DNA from: a bacterium
GTDB lineage: Bacteria > Zhuqueibacterota > Zhuqueibacteria > Zhuqueibacterales > Zhuqueibacteraceae
Direction: 5' to 3'
NCBI GenBank assembly: GCA_044869275.1
Contig: JBIOXB010000096.1
Location: 1 to 56,557, forward strand
Length of the DNA: 56,557 bases
Positions within the stretch are counted from its first letter, which is position 1, and every line of letters starts with the position of its first letter. Under the pieces are notes generated by a model. The model did not search any database. It had not been told where the DNA came from and saw nothing but the letters and a program-made list of their open reading frames with translations. Both the position numbers and the translations under genes were made by a program. Shown here one piece after another: positions 27,099-35,974 of this stretch.

Positions 27099-29753
27099 TC
27101 AATTTCTCTTTTTTAGCTCCGCCATCCAGTTTACCACGAGCGTAATCGACGAAGATGTTTTCTTCTCAGTAACCGAATTGACAATGAAATGTATGCCATC
27201 ATCGGAAACATCATAATTGAGAGCCACTGTAGTCGGACGGGTCTGAAAAAGCGGTCGGGCATCATCAATTTCCATTTTAGAACCTCTTATATGGATTCTA
27301 GTGGCCATAATTGTGTTGTCGTTGCTCAGATAGAAGATTTCCTTTCCATCGCGCCGCCAACGAGGGCGTGTACCGCCAGCAGTTGAAATCTGCCACTTGC
27401 CACTCGGCCCAGGGAACGGCCGCACATATACTTCTTTTTGCTCGGTTTCATCGGAAACGTAAGCGATCCACCGTCCGTCCGGAGAAAAATAAGGATAGAG
27501 CTCATCGCACTCCGCTCGCAAGAATGGGATAGGCTTTCGATCTCCAAACAGCGGCAAGACCCATACGTCCGAGCGTGTCTTGGGGTCACCGTAAGTAACA
27601 TATGTGATAAATCTCCCGTCCAATGACCAGTCGAAAGGTTGCTTGTTCTCCTTTGACTCAAAAAAAATCTCTTCACTGCCGGCGCCACTCGCGGCTATCT
27701 GATAAAGATCAAGCACTGCTTTCCGACTTGACTGAAAAACGAGGCGACTTCCATCGGGAGACCAGACCGGAAATCTATCACCACTAGGGTTAAATGTTAG
27801 GCGAGTCCTGGCATCGCGCGCCAATTCGTATACCCAAATGTCATTTTGACGCGATTGCGGATCAAAGAGGTCCACGGCAATTCGCTGCGCATCGGATGAA
27901 AAACGAATCCCGGTGTAATAGCCAATTTCGCCGACCGACCGTATCAGCTTACCGCTCTGGTCGAAGATGAGGAGTTTTGAGCCGGCTTGATTAGCGCTCA
28001 GCAGATAGGCCAGCATTCCATTCTGTGAGACGGAAAAAGTTGCCAAATCAATCATGGTCGCGCCATAGTGAACCTGTTCTGCAATTGGAATGGTCTCGCC
28101 ATCAAGCATAAGGGTATTCAAGTCAAGCCGCTGTGCTATGAGCGTGCCATTGCGATGAAAAAGCAGATAGCCCGAGGCATACGCCATGTTAGATGAGGCG
28201 CGCACCAGAAGCTTATTCACTTTCAAATCCAGCGAGGCGACATAGATGGCATTGGATTCACCTAGAGCGCCGATATTAGAGGTTAGGTTGAAATAGAGAA
28301 AATGTTTTCCATCAGGCAAGAAGCAGGGCCAGCGATGTGCGATTTCCTTGCGCGCTGTATCAAGTGTTGTGAGAGCAGTTGTCTTGCCTCCTGCTGCCGG
28401 AACGAGATAAAGGGGGCCAGGATAAGTCGGGGTAAAAAGGATCATATCATCTTTGCTCCAGGCCCCGCCCCGTGCATCTGGTGCATCGCTAATTGTGAGA
28501 GGAGGGCCGCCCGCAGCCTCGACTTTTTTGAGCTTGTTAGTCGCAAAAAATCCAATAAAGCGACTGTCCGGCGACCAGAAGGGATCAGAAGCTCCTTCAG
28601 TGCCGGCAAGCTCGTTGGCGGACATGGCATTGAGAGGTCGAACCCAAAGGTGCGCCTTTCCAAAGGAATCCATCACTGCAAAGGTCAATTTAGAGCCATC
28701 TGGCGAGAGCGCGATCTGCCTTCCAAATCCAAATTGAGTGGTAAATGTCGATTGTTCCGGCAGGGGAATCAAAGTACGGATGGTTGACATCTGCATATGC
28801 GGCTGGCGCAATTCGAGCAATGCGAATGCAGTCAGCGCCAAAAGGAAGCAAAACGTTACAACTATCCAGGGTAGGCGCACGTTGGGTTTGGTCGCCACGC
28901 CAGCCAGAATCTTTGTCGTGGAAAATCTTGATCTGCTCAGGGAGGTCGATTCAATCGTCCGAAAATCCGCCGGCAGCTCATCCACATGCTGATAGCGAGA
29001 TTCCCGATCTTTGACGAGTGCTTTGGCGATGATGCCATCCAATACCACTGGCACTCCGGTGCGCAATGACCTCAAGGGCTGCGGGTTTTCGTGCACAATC
29101 GAATACATGATCGTCTGCTCATACTCGCCGCGAAAAGGTAATTGCCCGCTGATCATTTCATATAACACCACGCCGAGCGACCAAATATCGGTGCGCTGAT
29201 CCACCACTTCCCCGCGTGTTTGCTCCGGCGACATGTAGGCGGCGGTGCCCATCGTCGTGCCTTCCTTCGTGAGCATGGTCCCGCCGCGCGCCAATTTGGC
29301 CAGGCCGAAATCCATGATCTTCGCTTGCCCTTTTTCCGTGATCATGATGTTGGCGCTTTTGATGTCGCGATGCGTGATGCCTTTTTCATGCGCGGCTTGT
29401 AAACCCTCGGCAATCTGCGTGGCAAGTTTTATCGCCTCCGCGATCTTCAACGGCCCAGCCTCGATCTTCTCCCGCAAGTTCTGGCCTTCGAGGTATTCCA
29501 TCGCAATAAACATTTGGCCGTCGACTTCATCGATCTCGTGGATGGTACAAATGTTCGGATGATTCAGCGCTGCCGCAGCCTGGGCTTCGCGGTGAAAGCG
29601 ATTCTTCTCCTCATTGCCGAGCGTGATCGCCGAGAGAAACTTCAGCGCGACGATGCGCTTGAGCTTGGTGTCTTCGGCTTTGTATACGACGCCCATGCCG
29701 CCTTCACCGAGTTTTTCTAAAATCTTGTAGTGTGAAATCGTCTTGTCGATCAT
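27099..29753 (-). CDS. Ser/Thr kinase K5: kinase + TM + TolB/PD40 beta-propeller
   Basis: Intact kinase (HRDIKSAN, DFG); TM; repeated SPDG/WSPD motifs; ends LVVNWMAELKK. Start MIDKTISHY at 29753. Confidence 0.93.
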   Translation of the reverse strand: MIDKTISHYKILEKLGEGGMGVVYKAEDTKLKRIVALKFLSAITLGNEEKNRFHREAQAAAALNHPNICTIHEIDEVDGQMFIAMEYLEGQNLREKIEAGPLKIAEAIKLATQIAEGLQAAHEKGITHRDIKSANIMITEKGQAKIMDFGLAKLARGGTMLTKEGTTMGTAAYMSPEQTRGEVVDQRTDIWSLGVVLYEMISGQLPFRGEYEQTIMYSIVHENPQPLRSLRTGVPVVLDGIIAKALVKDRESRYQHVDELPADFRTIESTSLSRSRFSTTKILAGVATKPNVRLPWIVVTFCFLLALTAFALLELRQPHMQMSTIRTLIPLPEQSTFTTQFGFGRQIALSPDGSKLTFAVMDSFGKAHLWVRPLNAMSANELAGTEGASDPFWSPDSRFIGFFATNKLKKVEAAGGPPLTISDAPDARGGAWSKDDMILFTPTYPGPLYLVPAAGGKTTALTTLDTARKEIAHRWPCFLPDGKHFLYFNLTSNIGALGESNAIYVASLDLKVNKLLVRASSNMAYASGYLLFHRNGTLIAQRLDLNTLMLDGETIPIAEQVHYGATMIDLATFSVSQNGMLAYLLSANQAGSKLLIFDQSGKLIRSVGEIGYYTGIRFSSDAQRIAVDLFDPQSRQNDIWVYELARDARTRLTFNPSGDRFPVWSPDGSRLVFQSSRKAVLDLYQIAASGAGSEEIFFESKENKQPFDWSLDGRFITYVTYGDPKTRSDVWVLPLFGDRKPIPFLRAECDELYPYFSPDGRWIAYVSDETEQKEVYVRPFPGPSGKWQISTAGGTRPRWRRDGKEIFYLSNDNTIMATRIHIRGSKMEIDDARPLFQTRPTTVALNYDVSDDGIHFIVNSVTEKKTSSSITLVVNWMAELKKRN

Positions 29754-29764
29754 GAAATTTATTC

Positions 29765-29804
29765 TTGTTTTTTGACGTACAGCGGGGTATACTTTGTACG
29801 TCAA
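29765..29804 (+). promoter_or_regulatory. sigma70 promoter with operator palindrome for the TA module
   Basis: TTGTTT-N17-TATACT; perfect 10-bp inverted repeat TTGACGTACA (29772-81) / TGTACGTCAA (29795-804) bracketing the -10 box; AGGAG RBS follows. Confidence 0.7.
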
Positions 29805-29820
29805 CCTCAGGAGAAAAAAT

Positions 29821-30084
29821 ATGGAAACAAAACTCACTTTGCGGATGGACGAAGAAATCATCCAAGCCGCCAAGAATTACGCGCAAAAACAAGGCGTCAG
29901 CTTGTCCAAGCTGGTTGCCGATTACCTTCGAATAATATCAGTTAAAGCCCATTCCGCCAAGAACAGGGCGGCGTTTGAGCCTACGCCGATCCTTTCGGAA
30001 ATTACCGGCGTTCTTCGGAAAACTTCTCGCCGCAAAGATTTGCAAAAAGAGTATCACGAGTATCTCGAGGAAAAATATCTTTAG
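29821..30084 (+). CDS. DUF6364-like RHH antitoxin
   Basis: METKLTLRMDEEIIQAAKNYAQKQGVSLSKLVADYL...TPI...ITG...EY.EYLEEKYL. Confidence 0.8.
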   Translation: METKLTLRMDEEIIQAAKNYAQKQGVSLSKLVADYLRIISVKAHSAKNRAAFEPTPILSEITGVLRKTSRRKDLQKEYHEYLEEKYL

Positions 30085-30085
30085 C

Positions 30086-30202
30086 GATTATTTTGTCACC
30101 CGCAACAAAAAGGATTATCCCGGCAACCTTTTGCAGATTCTGATGCCGGACGAATTCCTAGCCTTGTTAAAACTCGAGAGTGCCGCACCAAACTTGCCAT
30201 AA
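30086..30202 (+). pseudogene. PIN-domain toxin C-terminal remnant
   Basis: DYFVTRNKKDY....QILMPDEFLAL follows the antitoxin stop directly; no start or N-terminal DTN motif. Confidence 0.7.
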
Positions 30203-30405
30203 CTATTCTTTTCCTGCAGACTTTTTTCAACGTATTCCATTCATTGGGCCGGCTGGTGGCGAATGGCGGTCGCTTACTTTTTCCATATACTATACTCATT
30301 ACGGGTTGGTTGGTGAGCGCTTTTCCCGTACCACAACATTTATGTTGCGAGGAAACAACGCACGCGACATGAATGTCGCGGTACAATCTCAGCCGTACCG
30401 ATTTC

Positions 30406-30542
30406 AGCAGGATGCTGAAAAAGTCTCGAATTGCTCGAATTCGTCATTCCCACGAACGAGGGAATCCATGATTTTGTTTGATTTTCTGGATACCCGCTTT
30501 CGCGGGTATGACATCGAAAAGAGTTTTTCAGCATCCTGTTAG
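30406..30542. mobile_element. MITE-like element: 15-bp terminal inverted repeats enclosing a REP-like pair
   Basis: CAGGATGCTGAAAAA (30408-22) ... TTTTTCAGCATCCTG (30524-38); inner gtcattcccacgaacgagggaatcca / tggatacccgctttcgcgggtatgac. Confidence 0.7.
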
Positions 30543-30593
30543 AAACACTGCACTCCTAGCGGAGTTAAGCAGGAAGTAGTTTCGCCGCTCATC

Positions 30594-33230
30594 TCACTTG
30601 CCGGTTGGAACTTTACGTTTCAACTCTTCGAACCAGTTGAGCACAACGTTTATGCGCGTCAGCCGCTGCCGCTCTACGGGCTTAACGATGACAAAGCGCT
30701 CGCCATCAGCAGTGATATCGTAGAACCCGCTAAAATAGGGATCTAGGTATTCCTTATCAAAAAGCAGATGCGGACGCTCCGCTTTGAATGCCGGCGCGGT
30801 TGAAACCTCGACCGCCATCATTTTGGTGCCATTGCGATAGACGATTTCGCGGCCAGCCCGCGACCACCGCGGCGAACCCCCGCCATCCGCGGAAATCTGC
30901 CATTTTGCGCTTGAGCCGGAAACCGGCTGGACATAGACCTCGGACCGTCCGGATTCGTTTGATTCGTACACCAACCAGCGGCCATCCGGAGAGAACTTCG
31001 CTCCATGTTCATCAAAGGCGGTCTGGAGGAAAGGCCGGGGCTTCCGTTCGCCTTCGAGCGGAAGCAGCCAGATATCCGCACCATTCTTGGCACTCCCCTG
31101 GGTGAAAGCCAGCAGATGGCTGTCCGGTGCGTACGAAGTAGGGATCTGCGCAGCTTCGCTCGTGGTCAGCCTTTCAATGGTTCCGCTGCCATCTGCTGGA
31201 GTGGCGTAAAGATTGTCTACGCCATTACGATCAGAAGTGAAGGCGATCTTTTTGCCGTCAGCCATCCAGATCGGATTCCAGTTTTCCGCCTCGAAGGTGA
31301 GGCGCGTCTGCGTATCACGATCCAAATCGATGAGCCAGATATCGTCATCCATCGCCGCAATCTGCACGGCGATGTGCCGCCCATTAGGAGCGAAGCTGAG
31401 TCCTTCATAGAGTGCTCGTTTCTGGCTGATCCGTTGAGGTTTCCCGGATCGATCGGCAAGCATAAGTTCGTTAAGCACTATGCCTTCACTGCCAGGCAGA
31501 TAGATCAATGTGCCATTGTCGGAGCACGCGGATTGCCAGGCCGGGACGCCAGAGAGCACTTCGACCGGAGTGCCTGTCACTCTTAGCCCCTTGAGATCAA
31601 AGGGGACTGCAAGTAGAGAGCTCGACCGGCCAAACAGCAGATGCCCGGTTGACACATAACGGCCGCAAAGTCCTCCTTCCACCAACACGTGCCTCTTGCC
31701 GCTGGCAAGCGACTGCACAACGATGGTGAGTTCATTGGAAGACCTGCCCGAGTTTTCAGTGGTAAAGATGACAGACTGGCGATCTGGGAGCATCTGTGGA
31801 AACATGTGGTTGGCTTCCTTCTGCGTGCGGTCAAGCTCGAGGAATGGTTGCGGCACACCACCGTCAGCTGACACCCGCGCGAGACCTGTAGTAAATCCCG
31901 GCGGAAAAATGATGGTGTTGTCTGGCGACCAGCTCGCGCCGTGGCCGCCAGAAGCATCGCAAATCGTGAGGGCGGTTCCACCGTGGATGGAAATCTTTTT
32001 GAGCTTGTTGGACACACGGAAACCGATCCACTTTCCATCGGGTGAAAAGAATGGAGCGTGCGCGCCTTCAGTCCCGGGAAGAGGTGTGGCCTCAAGCTGA
32101 TCCAATGGACGCAGATAGAGAAGGCGAGAACCAGCGCTGTCAGCAGTGTAAGCCAAAAGACGGCCGTCGGGCGAAATGGCGACTTTCAGAATGAACTGAC
32201 CCACAAATTCATGGCCAGTAGGAAGATCGAGGTTGAGCCGAACCAATGGCTTGGGAAGCGAGGTGACGGGACGCAGCCATTCCCACAGAGCAGCGCCAGC
32301 CCCGATGGAGGCCACGATGAGGCCAACGAGAATCGAGAAGAACAGTTTTCCTGAGCGTATCAGAGGCGAAAGGGTAATCGCGCCAGCCGGCGTCGCCAAT
32401 TTCATTGAGGTATCGCCAGGCTTAGATTCAATTGCTCGCAAATCCGCCGGTATTTCATCCACATGCTGATAGCGTAAGGTCGGATCTTTGGCCAGCGCCT
32501 TGGCAACGATACTGTCCAAGGCGAGAGGCACACCCGTGCGCAAAGCCGTCAATGGCTGCGGGTCTTCGTTCACAATCGCATACATGATCGCCTGCTCATA
32601 CTCGCCGCGAAAGGGCAATTGCCCGCTGATCATTTCATACAACACCACGCCGAGTGACCAAATGTCGGTACGCTGATCCACGGCTTCCCCGCGTGTTTGC
32701 TCCGGCGACATGTAAGCGGCAGTGCCCAGCGTCATGCCTTCTTTCGTGAGCATCGTCCCGCCCTGCGCCAACTTGGCCAAGCCGAAATCCATGATCTTCA
32801 CTTGGCCTTTCACTGTGATCATGATGTTGGCGCTTTTGATGTCGCGATGCGTGATGCCTTTCTCATGCGCGACTTGTAAACCCTCGGCAATCTGCGTGGC
32901 AAGTTTGATCGCCTCCGCGATCTTCAGCGGTCCAGCATTGATCTTCTCCCGCAAGTTCTGGCCTTCGAGGTATTCCATCGCAATGAACATTTGGCCGTCG
33001 ACTTCATCGATCTCGTGGATGGTACAGATGTTCGGATGATTGAGCGCTGCCGCAGCTTGGGCTTCGCGGAGAAAACGGCTTTTGTCTTCGGCGCTGAAAG
33101 TCGTGATTGAAAGAAATTTCAGCGCGACGATGCGCTTGAGCTTGGTGTCCTCGGCCTTGTACACGATGCCCATCCCGCCACGGCCTAGTTCTTCCAGAAT
33201 GCGATAATGAGAAATCAGTTTACCGATCAT
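30594..33230 (-). CDS. Ser/Thr kinase K6: kinase + TM + TolB/PD40 beta-propeller
   Basis: Intact kinase motifs; TM; SPDG repeats; ends VVLNWFEELKRKVP. AAGGAG RBS, start MIGKLISHY at 33230. Confidence 0.93.
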   Translation of the reverse strand: MIGKLISHYRILEELGRGGMGIVYKAEDTKLKRIVALKFLSITTFSAEDKSRFLREAQAAAALNHPNICTIHEIDEVDGQMFIAMEYLEGQNLREKINAGPLKIAEAIKLATQIAEGLQVAHEKGITHRDIKSANIMITVKGQVKIMDFGLAKLAQGGTMLTKEGMTLGTAAYMSPEQTRGEAVDQRTDIWSLGVVLYEMISGQLPFRGEYEQAIMYAIVNEDPQPLTALRTGVPLALDSIVAKALAKDPTLRYQHVDEIPADLRAIESKPGDTSMKLATPAGAITLSPLIRSGKLFFSILVGLIVASIGAGAALWEWLRPVTSLPKPLVRLNLDLPTGHEFVGQFILKVAISPDGRLLAYTADSAGSRLLYLRPLDQLEATPLPGTEGAHAPFFSPDGKWIGFRVSNKLKKISIHGGTALTICDASGGHGASWSPDNTIIFPPGFTTGLARVSADGGVPQPFLELDRTQKEANHMFPQMLPDRQSVIFTTENSGRSSNELTIVVQSLASGKRHVLVEGGLCGRYVSTGHLLFGRSSSLLAVPFDLKGLRVTGTPVEVLSGVPAWQSACSDNGTLIYLPGSEGIVLNELMLADRSGKPQRISQKRALYEGLSFAPNGRHIAVQIAAMDDDIWLIDLDRDTQTRLTFEAENWNPIWMADGKKIAFTSDRNGVDNLYATPADGSGTIERLTTSEAAQIPTSYAPDSHLLAFTQGSAKNGADIWLLPLEGERKPRPFLQTAFDEHGAKFSPDGRWLVYESNESGRSEVYVQPVSGSSAKWQISADGGGSPRWSRAGREIVYRNGTKMMAVEVSTAPAFKAERPHLLFDKEYLDPYFSGFYDITADGERFVIVKPVERQRLTRINVVLNWFEELKRKVPTGK

Positions 33231-33319
33231 ACTGAATTTCTCCTTTGCCTGCGGGACAAGTCGCCGCCTTCGCCGAGCTTGGAGAGGATGTGATAGTGCG
33301 AAATTGTTTTGCCGATCAT
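33227..33319 (-). pseudogene. kinase 5'-end copy / leader ORF upstream of K6 (30 aa, ATGA-coupled)
   Basis: MIGKTISHYHILSKLGEGGDLSRRQRRNSV*; TGA 33227-33229 overlaps the K6 ATG. Confidence 0.85.
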
Positions 33320-33715
33320 ATTCTGCTATTTTTGTTGCTATGCCCACAGAGGAGGAGAGACAAGAATTGTTAGGGCTGGCCGAGAAGGGAAAATGGACGA
33401 CACCCGTTTGACTAACCCAGACTTTTGGGTAACAAAATTTAACAAAATTAGGCGAAAAAACAACCATTCCTTTTAGTGGGTGGTACGGAAAGTTTCTTCG
33501 GCGATCTGCACGCGCAAGGGCGGCATGCGGGAGGTTTTACGCAGACCAAAGTCTTGGTCGAGCGCTGGCCCAAGGAATGGTCGAGAAAATTTTGAAAAGG
33601 GAATCGCCACTCGGCAAACAAAGCCTTGCTTTGCAAACACAAAATCCTATATTTCTCCGCATGTGAACAAAGAGCGCGGATTTTGCAAAACTCTCACTAC
33701 TTCGAAAGAGTGAAA

Positions 33716-34237
33716 ATGACAGTGGAACGCGCGGGCGCGGTGACGCTGGACGGCATTCCCTTGACGTTGGTAGGACCAGAGCTGAAAGCCGGCGGCAAAG
33801 CCCCGGCGTTTAGGGTGATGGGCAATGATTGGAAGACGGTGCGCTTCGACAATTTCGGCGGCAAGCCGACGTTGATTTCTTCCATCTTGTCGGTGAGCAC
33901 CAGTATTTGCGAGGCTGAAATCAAACGCTTCAACGCAGAGGCCGGCAAGTTTGGTGACCGAGCGCAGTTTTTCACCATCAGCACGGATCTGCCCTGCTCG
34001 CAAGGCATCTGGTGCGGCAGCGCCGGCGTGAAGAACGTGAAAACGTACGCGGATCATATGGAGACCAATTTCGGCCTGGCGTATGGCGTGTTGGTGAAAG
34101 AGATTCGCGCCTTGTCGCGTGCGATCTTTGTGATCGATCCCCATGGCAAGGTCGCTTATGTGGAATATGTGGCGGAGATCGGTCATCATCCGAATTACGA
34201 ACAGGCACTGGCAGCGATAAAAAAGCTGGCAGTTTAG
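33716..34237 (+). CDS. tpx: thiol peroxidase (Tpx-type peroxiredoxin), atypical motif
   Basis: VTL.G.PLTLVGPELK.G.KAP.F, T..C, RFN.EA, S.DLP..Q..WC, FG.AYGVL.KE.R.LSRAIFVID, YVEYV.EI..HPNY. Confidence 0.85.
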   Translation: MTVERAGAVTLDGIPLTLVGPELKAGGKAPAFRVMGNDWKTVRFDNFGGKPTLISSILSVSTSICEAEIKRFNAEAGKFGDRAQFFTISTDLPCSQGIWCGSAGVKNVKTYADHMETNFGLAYGVLVKEIRALSRAIFVIDPHGKVAYVEYVAEIGHHPNYEQALAAIKKLAV

Positions 34238-34419
34238 GCGATTAGCTTTTCAAAGTCAGAATAGAATTCCAACTTTTTATCGCCAACGGATAGATTAACA
34301 CCAACTGATAAAAAGACTAAGAGTTTCATCCGTTGGACTTAATCTATCCGTTGGAGCCGCCCGCAGGGCTTCGGTTTTCATCCCGACCCTTCGGGATGAA
34401 AATCCGAGGTAACTTTTAG
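34234..34419 (+). repeat. composite structured element, copy 2 (TTAG-bounded)
   Basis: ~120 bp nearly identical to 40421-40542 (ccaacggatagattaa...ttaatctatccgttgg IR) plus the two-hairpin tail; starts at the TTAG that contains the tpx stop and ends in TTAG. Confidence 0.8.
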
Positions 34420-34449
34420 TCGAGAGGCTCTTCAAATGGGACACAGAAT

Positions 34450-34935
34450 ATGAACACTTCTTCCGCAGCACTCGCCCTCGAAAAACCGAGAGCCGGCCGG
34501 GTTATTCTGTGGGGTGGCTTAATTGCGGGGGTTTTGGATATCACCGCGGCGTTCGTCAATAGCGGTTTGCGTGGTGGTAGCCCGAAGCGCGTGCTACAAG
34601 CGATTGCCAGCGGGCTGCTCGGCGCAGAGGCTTTCCAAGGCGATATTGGCACCGCTGCGCTCGGCGCTGGGCTACACTTCATCATCGCCACGGGGGCCAC
34701 TGCCGTTTACTATACGGCGAGCCGCAAGTGGAATTTATTGGTACGGCAGGCGGTGGCTTGCGGCTTGGTTTACGGCGTCGCCGTTTATGTGTTCATGAAT
34801 TTTATCGTCTTGCCACTCTCGGCCATTTCTTTCAAAATTTCATATACGCCGGCCGTGGTTGCGACCGGTGTGATGATACTTATGCTCTTCGTCGGATTGC
34901 CGATCGCGCTCGTCGTGCGCCACTATTCGAAATAA
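34450..34935 (+). CDS. 4-TM membrane protein of unknown function
   Basis: Hydrophobic segments; GGLIAGVLDI..A...LQAIASGLLG..AF.G...LG..LHF.IA pattern. Confidence 0.75.
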   Translation: MNTSSAALALEKPRAGRVILWGGLIAGVLDITAAFVNSGLRGGSPKRVLQAIASGLLGAEAFQGDIGTAALGAGLHFIIATGATAVYYTASRKWNLLVRQAVACGLVYGVAVYVFMNFIVLPLSAISFKISYTPAVVATGVMILMLFVGLPIALVVRHYSK

Positions 34936-35017
34936 GCCAACCGCGCACGCGGCGCATATTTCCACAGCTCCAGCCAAGGCAAGGCGAATGAATAATCCCG
35001 CCTCTTGAGATGCCGTC

Positions 35018-35830
35018 ATGCATGCACTCCCACGCGCTTTCGCTCAACTCGCCCTGCCCGGCCTGCAAGACGCCGTGGTGCTGATCACAGGAGGCACGCG
35101 CGGCAGCGGCCTGGCCATGGCGCAACTGTTCGCCACATGTGGCGCGCACCTGGCGATCAACAGCCGGACACAGGAAGAGGCTGCGCGCGTTGCAGAAGAG
35201 CTGCAAAAGGCTTATGGCGTGCCGGTGTTGCCGCTCGCTGCGGATGTGTCCGAGGTGAACGCCGTCGCCAAAATGTTTGTGGAGTTGTCGGCGTGGAGCA
35301 AAGGCAGGCTGGAGGTTTTAGTCTGCAATGCCGGATTTCCCCTCATTGAAAAACTGTGGCAAACGCCGCTGCACGAGCTGAATGAACAGGAAGCAGCGGA
35401 ATGGTTCCAACGCGTGCGCGCGGTGGACCTGGACGGCGCGCGCTATTGCAGCCGGGAAGCACTGCGGCTCATGCTGCCGCGGAAAAAAGGCAGCATCATT
35501 TTCATCAGCTCGACGCCAGCGCTGGCCGGCTATCAAGGCACGCCTTATACCGAAGCCAAGGCCGCGGTCCTGGGCCTGATGCGCGATCTCAGCCGCGAAT
35601 ATAGCGCTTCCGGCATACGCGTGAATGCCCTGGCGTTGGGCAATATCGCCAGCGGTTGGTATGACAGGCTTTCTGAAGAAAGAAAAAAAGCACTCGCGGC
35701 AGAAGCACCCATGGGCCGATGGGGCTCGCCTTTCGAGGTGGCGGGCGCGATTTTGTTTCTGGCTTCGGATTTGGCGGGCTTTGTCACCGGGCAAACGCTG
35801 GTCGTCGATGGCGGGAAGGTGATCAGATAA
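35018..35830 (+). CDS. short-chain dehydrogenase/reductase (FabG-like)
   Basis: TGGTRGSG, CNAG, ISS, YTEAK, IRVNAL, FVTGQTLVVDGG. Confidence 0.9.
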   Translation: MHALPRAFAQLALPGLQDAVVLITGGTRGSGLAMAQLFATCGAHLAINSRTQEEAARVAEELQKAYGVPVLPLAADVSEVNAVAKMFVELSAWSKGRLEVLVCNAGFPLIEKLWQTPLHELNEQEAAEWFQRVRAVDLDGARYCSREALRLMLPRKKGSIIFISSTPALAGYQGTPYTEAKAAVLGLMRDLSREYSASGIRVNALALGNIASGWYDRLSEERKKALAAEAPMGRWGSPFEVAGAILFLASDLAGFVTGQTLVVDGGKVIR

Positions 35831-35974
35831 ATCGCTGCGGCACCACGCAGACGCGCCGCCAGCTGCAGAGGCTCTCACCGCGAATGAGCGCGAATGTGCG
35901 CGAATCCCAATGGGCGTGGACGGGCAGCAGTCGCTTCACTGAAAAACGGACCTCAAACTGGCGAAAAGCGTGCA

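Noticed and set aside
29754..29873. N-terminal extensions of K1, K5, K6, coxL, smpB and tpx in the ORF track
   Set aside because: Paralog alignment, RBS position or overlap with other features supports the internal starts used here.
7789..33319. Diversity-generating retroelement acting on the kinases
   Set aside because: No reverse transcriptase in the window; differences between repeats are not adenine-specific and lie at 5' ends rather than in C-terminal variable regions.
18000..33400. Classical integron cassette array
   Set aside because: No tyrosine integrase and no recurring attC-type RYYYAAC...GTTRRRY boundaries were recognised; the resemblance is only an analogy.
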